Shown here: positions 26,243-28,022 of the stretch, one piece after another
Position numbering within the stretch: the stretch's first letter is position 1
Layout: every line of letters begins with the position of its first letter
Origin: a virus
Lineage: Duplodnaviria > Caudoviricetes
Length of the DNA: 28,022 nucleotides
IMG/VR virus record: IMGVR_UViG_3300037310_000321
Location: 1-28,022 of that record
Strand: one strand, 5' to 3'
Translations under genes and position numbers: made by a program
The notes under the pieces: generated by a model
The model's input: the letters and a program-made list of their open reading frames with translations, nothing else
Databases searched by the model: none
Told to the model about the DNA's origin: nothing

Positions 26243-26899
26243 ATGTCTCAAATTTTGCTTAAATACCAAGGAATAAATCATTTGCCGGTTTCCGGCAAAA
26301 TGGATTTAGCTACTATTAATTACATTCAAAAGGAGTTAGGTTGCAATAATTTTGCAATGGCAAATTATTTAGGGCAAATACATGTAGAAAGTAATGGATT
26401 TAAAGCCAAAAGAGAAAGTTTAGATTATAGTGTCCAAGGTCTAATAGACACTTTTGATTTTTTTAGAAGGAATCCGCTATTGGCCAAAAGCTATGGACGA
26501 ACGGAACATAAAATGGCAAATCAAAAAATGATCGCCAACATAGTATATGCAGATAAAAATAGGAGTAAAGGTTATAAATTAGGAAATTTACAAGATGGAG
26601 ATGGGTGGAAATATCGCGGCGGTTTTGCCATTCAAATCACAGGTAAAACCAATTACCTAAATTTATCGAAAGCAATTGGAGATGAATTAATTTTGACAAA
26701 TCCTGATGATGTTATAGAGAAATACTATTTTTTATCTGGAAAATGGTATTTCTCTATTAATGATCTATGGAGTATTGCGTCTAAAGGCGTAAATTTAGAC
26801 ATCTCTACATTGCTTACAAAAAAAATAAATGGAGGTAAATCGCATCTGACTGAAAGATATCAATGGACTGTATTTTATAAAAATTTATTAAATGCATAA
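26243..26899 (+). CDS. Endolysin, glycoside hydrolase family 19
   Basis: LGQ..VES.GF...ESL.YS, GN...GDGWKYRG...IQITGK.NY, TKKINGG...L.ER. Confidence 0.92.
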   Translation: MSQILLKYQGINHLPVSGKMDLATINYIQKELGCNNFAMANYLGQIHVESNGFKAKRESLDYSVQGLIDTFDFFRRNPLLAKSYGRTEHKMANQKMIANIVYADKNRSKGYKLGNLQDGDGWKYRGGFAIQITGKTNYLNLSKAIGDELILTNPDDVIEKYYFLSGKWYFSINDLWSIASKGVNLDISTLLTKKINGGKSHLTERYQWTVFYKNLLNA

Positions 26900-27725
26900 G
26901 ATAATAAAAATATTGCTATTTATTTTACCGCTACAAATTAACGGTCAAATAGGCCTTTGGCAATTAGAATGGGCACCTGATAGCACTTATATTATAGGAG
27001 CTTCGGCACTAGGCGAGCCAAAATGGAAAATAATGGATGTGGATACTCAGTTTTTAAATCCGTTAGTTGTCGAAAATGATACATTAGGGTTCTATCTTAG
27101 TAAGGCAATGGACACAGTAGAATTTGTAATAGATACCAGTTCAACAAATGAACTTCAAGCTATATCCTTAGATTCTTCTCAAACATCAATATACAAAACA
27201 TACTATATAGGCTTAAACCCACAAACAGCCCCTCCAACAATAAAAAATATTCAAATACCATTGGCGGGAAGTGGAGGTACTCAATTTGTAGAGTTGAGTT
27301 CAAATTTTACAACATCAACTAGCTTGAACATTCCATTTTCGGGATTAAATTTCTCGGTTAATTCCGGGAAAAAATATCTAATAAAATTTATAGCAAAATA
27401 TCAGACAACAGTTAATACTACAGGTTGTCGTATAGCATGGAAAAGCAATAATAATCATGCATGCGTAGGTAATTTTTCAGGATCAATTTCTAGCGTAGCT
27501 GCATCGAACGAACTGAAAGCTCCCATAGATTTAATTAGTTCTTCTGAAATTTTATTTTCAACCACAGGAGTATCGGCTGCAAATTCACCTACATCCTTGG
27601 GTTCAGAATTTATTTTAAAAGCGTCGGCGAATGATGTTATTTCTTTACACTTTGGAAGTGAAGTAAGTGGATCAGCGGCTACGTTGTTGTCTGGTTCAAT
27701 CATATTAATTAGTTTATTAAATTGA
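26892..27725 (+). CDS. Signal-peptide-bearing fibre-like protein with C-terminal beta-sandwich
   Basis: [18 protein letters not shown]|Q signal; DTSSTNELQ motif; GLNFSV..GKKY...SEVSGSA.T...GS fibre-tip-like domain. Confidence 0.6.
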   Translation: MHKIIKILLFILPLQINGQIGLWQLEWAPDSTYIIGASALGEPKWKIMDVDTQFLNPLVVENDTLGFYLSKAMDTVEFVIDTSSTNELQAISLDSSQTSIYKTYYIGLNPQTAPPTIKNIQIPLAGSGGTQFVELSSNFTTSTSLNIPFSGLNFSVNSGKKYLIKFIAKYQTTVNTTGCRIAWKSNNNHACVGNFSGSISSVAASNELKAPIDLISSSEILFSTTGVSAANSPTSLGSEFILKASANDVISLHFGSEVSGSAATLLSGSIILISLLN

Positions 27726-27727
27726 TT

Positions 27728-28022
27728 ATGTATAGAATATTATTACTATTAGCGATTGTATTGCCATTAACCTGCTTTTCTCAGCCAGGGCATAGAAAAT
27801 ATAAAATTAAGGTTGCTCAGGGTGTGCAAGGCCCACAAGGCCCACAAGGAGCTACCGGGCCGCAAGGAGCTACCGGGGCGCAGGGAATACAGGGCTTAAC
27901 TGGTCCACAAGGGCCGCAGGGAGCTACCGGGCCGCAGGGAGCTACCGGGCCGCAGGGAGCTACCGGGCCTGCCAATACTTTGACTATAGGCACAGTAACT
28001 AATGGAGGTGCTGCCGGCGCAT
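27728..28022 (+). CDS. 5' part of the collagen-like fibre gene (absent from the ORF track), with signal peptide
   Basis: Hand translation [18 protein letters not shown]|[28 protein letters not shown]...; open to the window end. Confidence 0.85.
   Translation, partial: MYRILLLLAIVLPLTCFSQPGHRKYKIKVAQGVQGPQGPQGATGPQGATGAQGIQGLTGPQGPQGATGPQGATGPQGATGPANTLTIGTVTNGGAAGA
27958..28022. repeat. Terminal direct repeat (copy 2)
   Basis: Identical to 1..65. Confidence 0.85.

Larger units (their letters stand above)
1..28022. mobile_element. Complete or near-complete temperate siphovirus-type phage of a Bacteroidota host, excised/circular form
   Basis: Integrase with attP, repressor, initiator, terminase, portal, protease, capsid, neck, tail and endolysin; terminal redundancy; no host genes. 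Confidence 0.9.

Noticed and set aside
1-28022. Phage satellite or gene transfer agent interpretation; alternative genetic code
   Set aside because: Encodes its own full head, tail, lysis, integration and replication functions; long ORFs are intact under the standard bacterial code

Overview
The window appears to be an essentially complete, ~28 kb temperate siphovirus-type (HK97-fold) phage of a Bacteroidota host, assembled as the excised circle. The last 65 bp repeat the first 65 bp, although the join falls inside a repeated fibre gene. An intact attP lies next to a tyrosine integrase: a tRNA 3' end, a terminator and arm-type repeats. Host assignment rests on TAnnTTTG promoters, A-rich SD-less starts, signal peptides followed by Gln and the integrase type. 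Gene order is unusually shuffled: HNH-terS-terL sit directly beside attP about 7 kb from the portal, holin-like genes precede the portal far from the GH19 endolysin, and two neck genes lie between the tail chaperones and the tape measure. Two features stand out. (i) All three fibre/tailspike-like proteins carry Sec signal peptides followed by Gln, which is unexpected for cytoplasmically assembled virion parts. (ii) A stand-alone integrase arm-binding-domain protein closes the terminase operon, whose start is overlapped by the attP arm repeats. All family calls come from motif recognition by eye; no database search was run.
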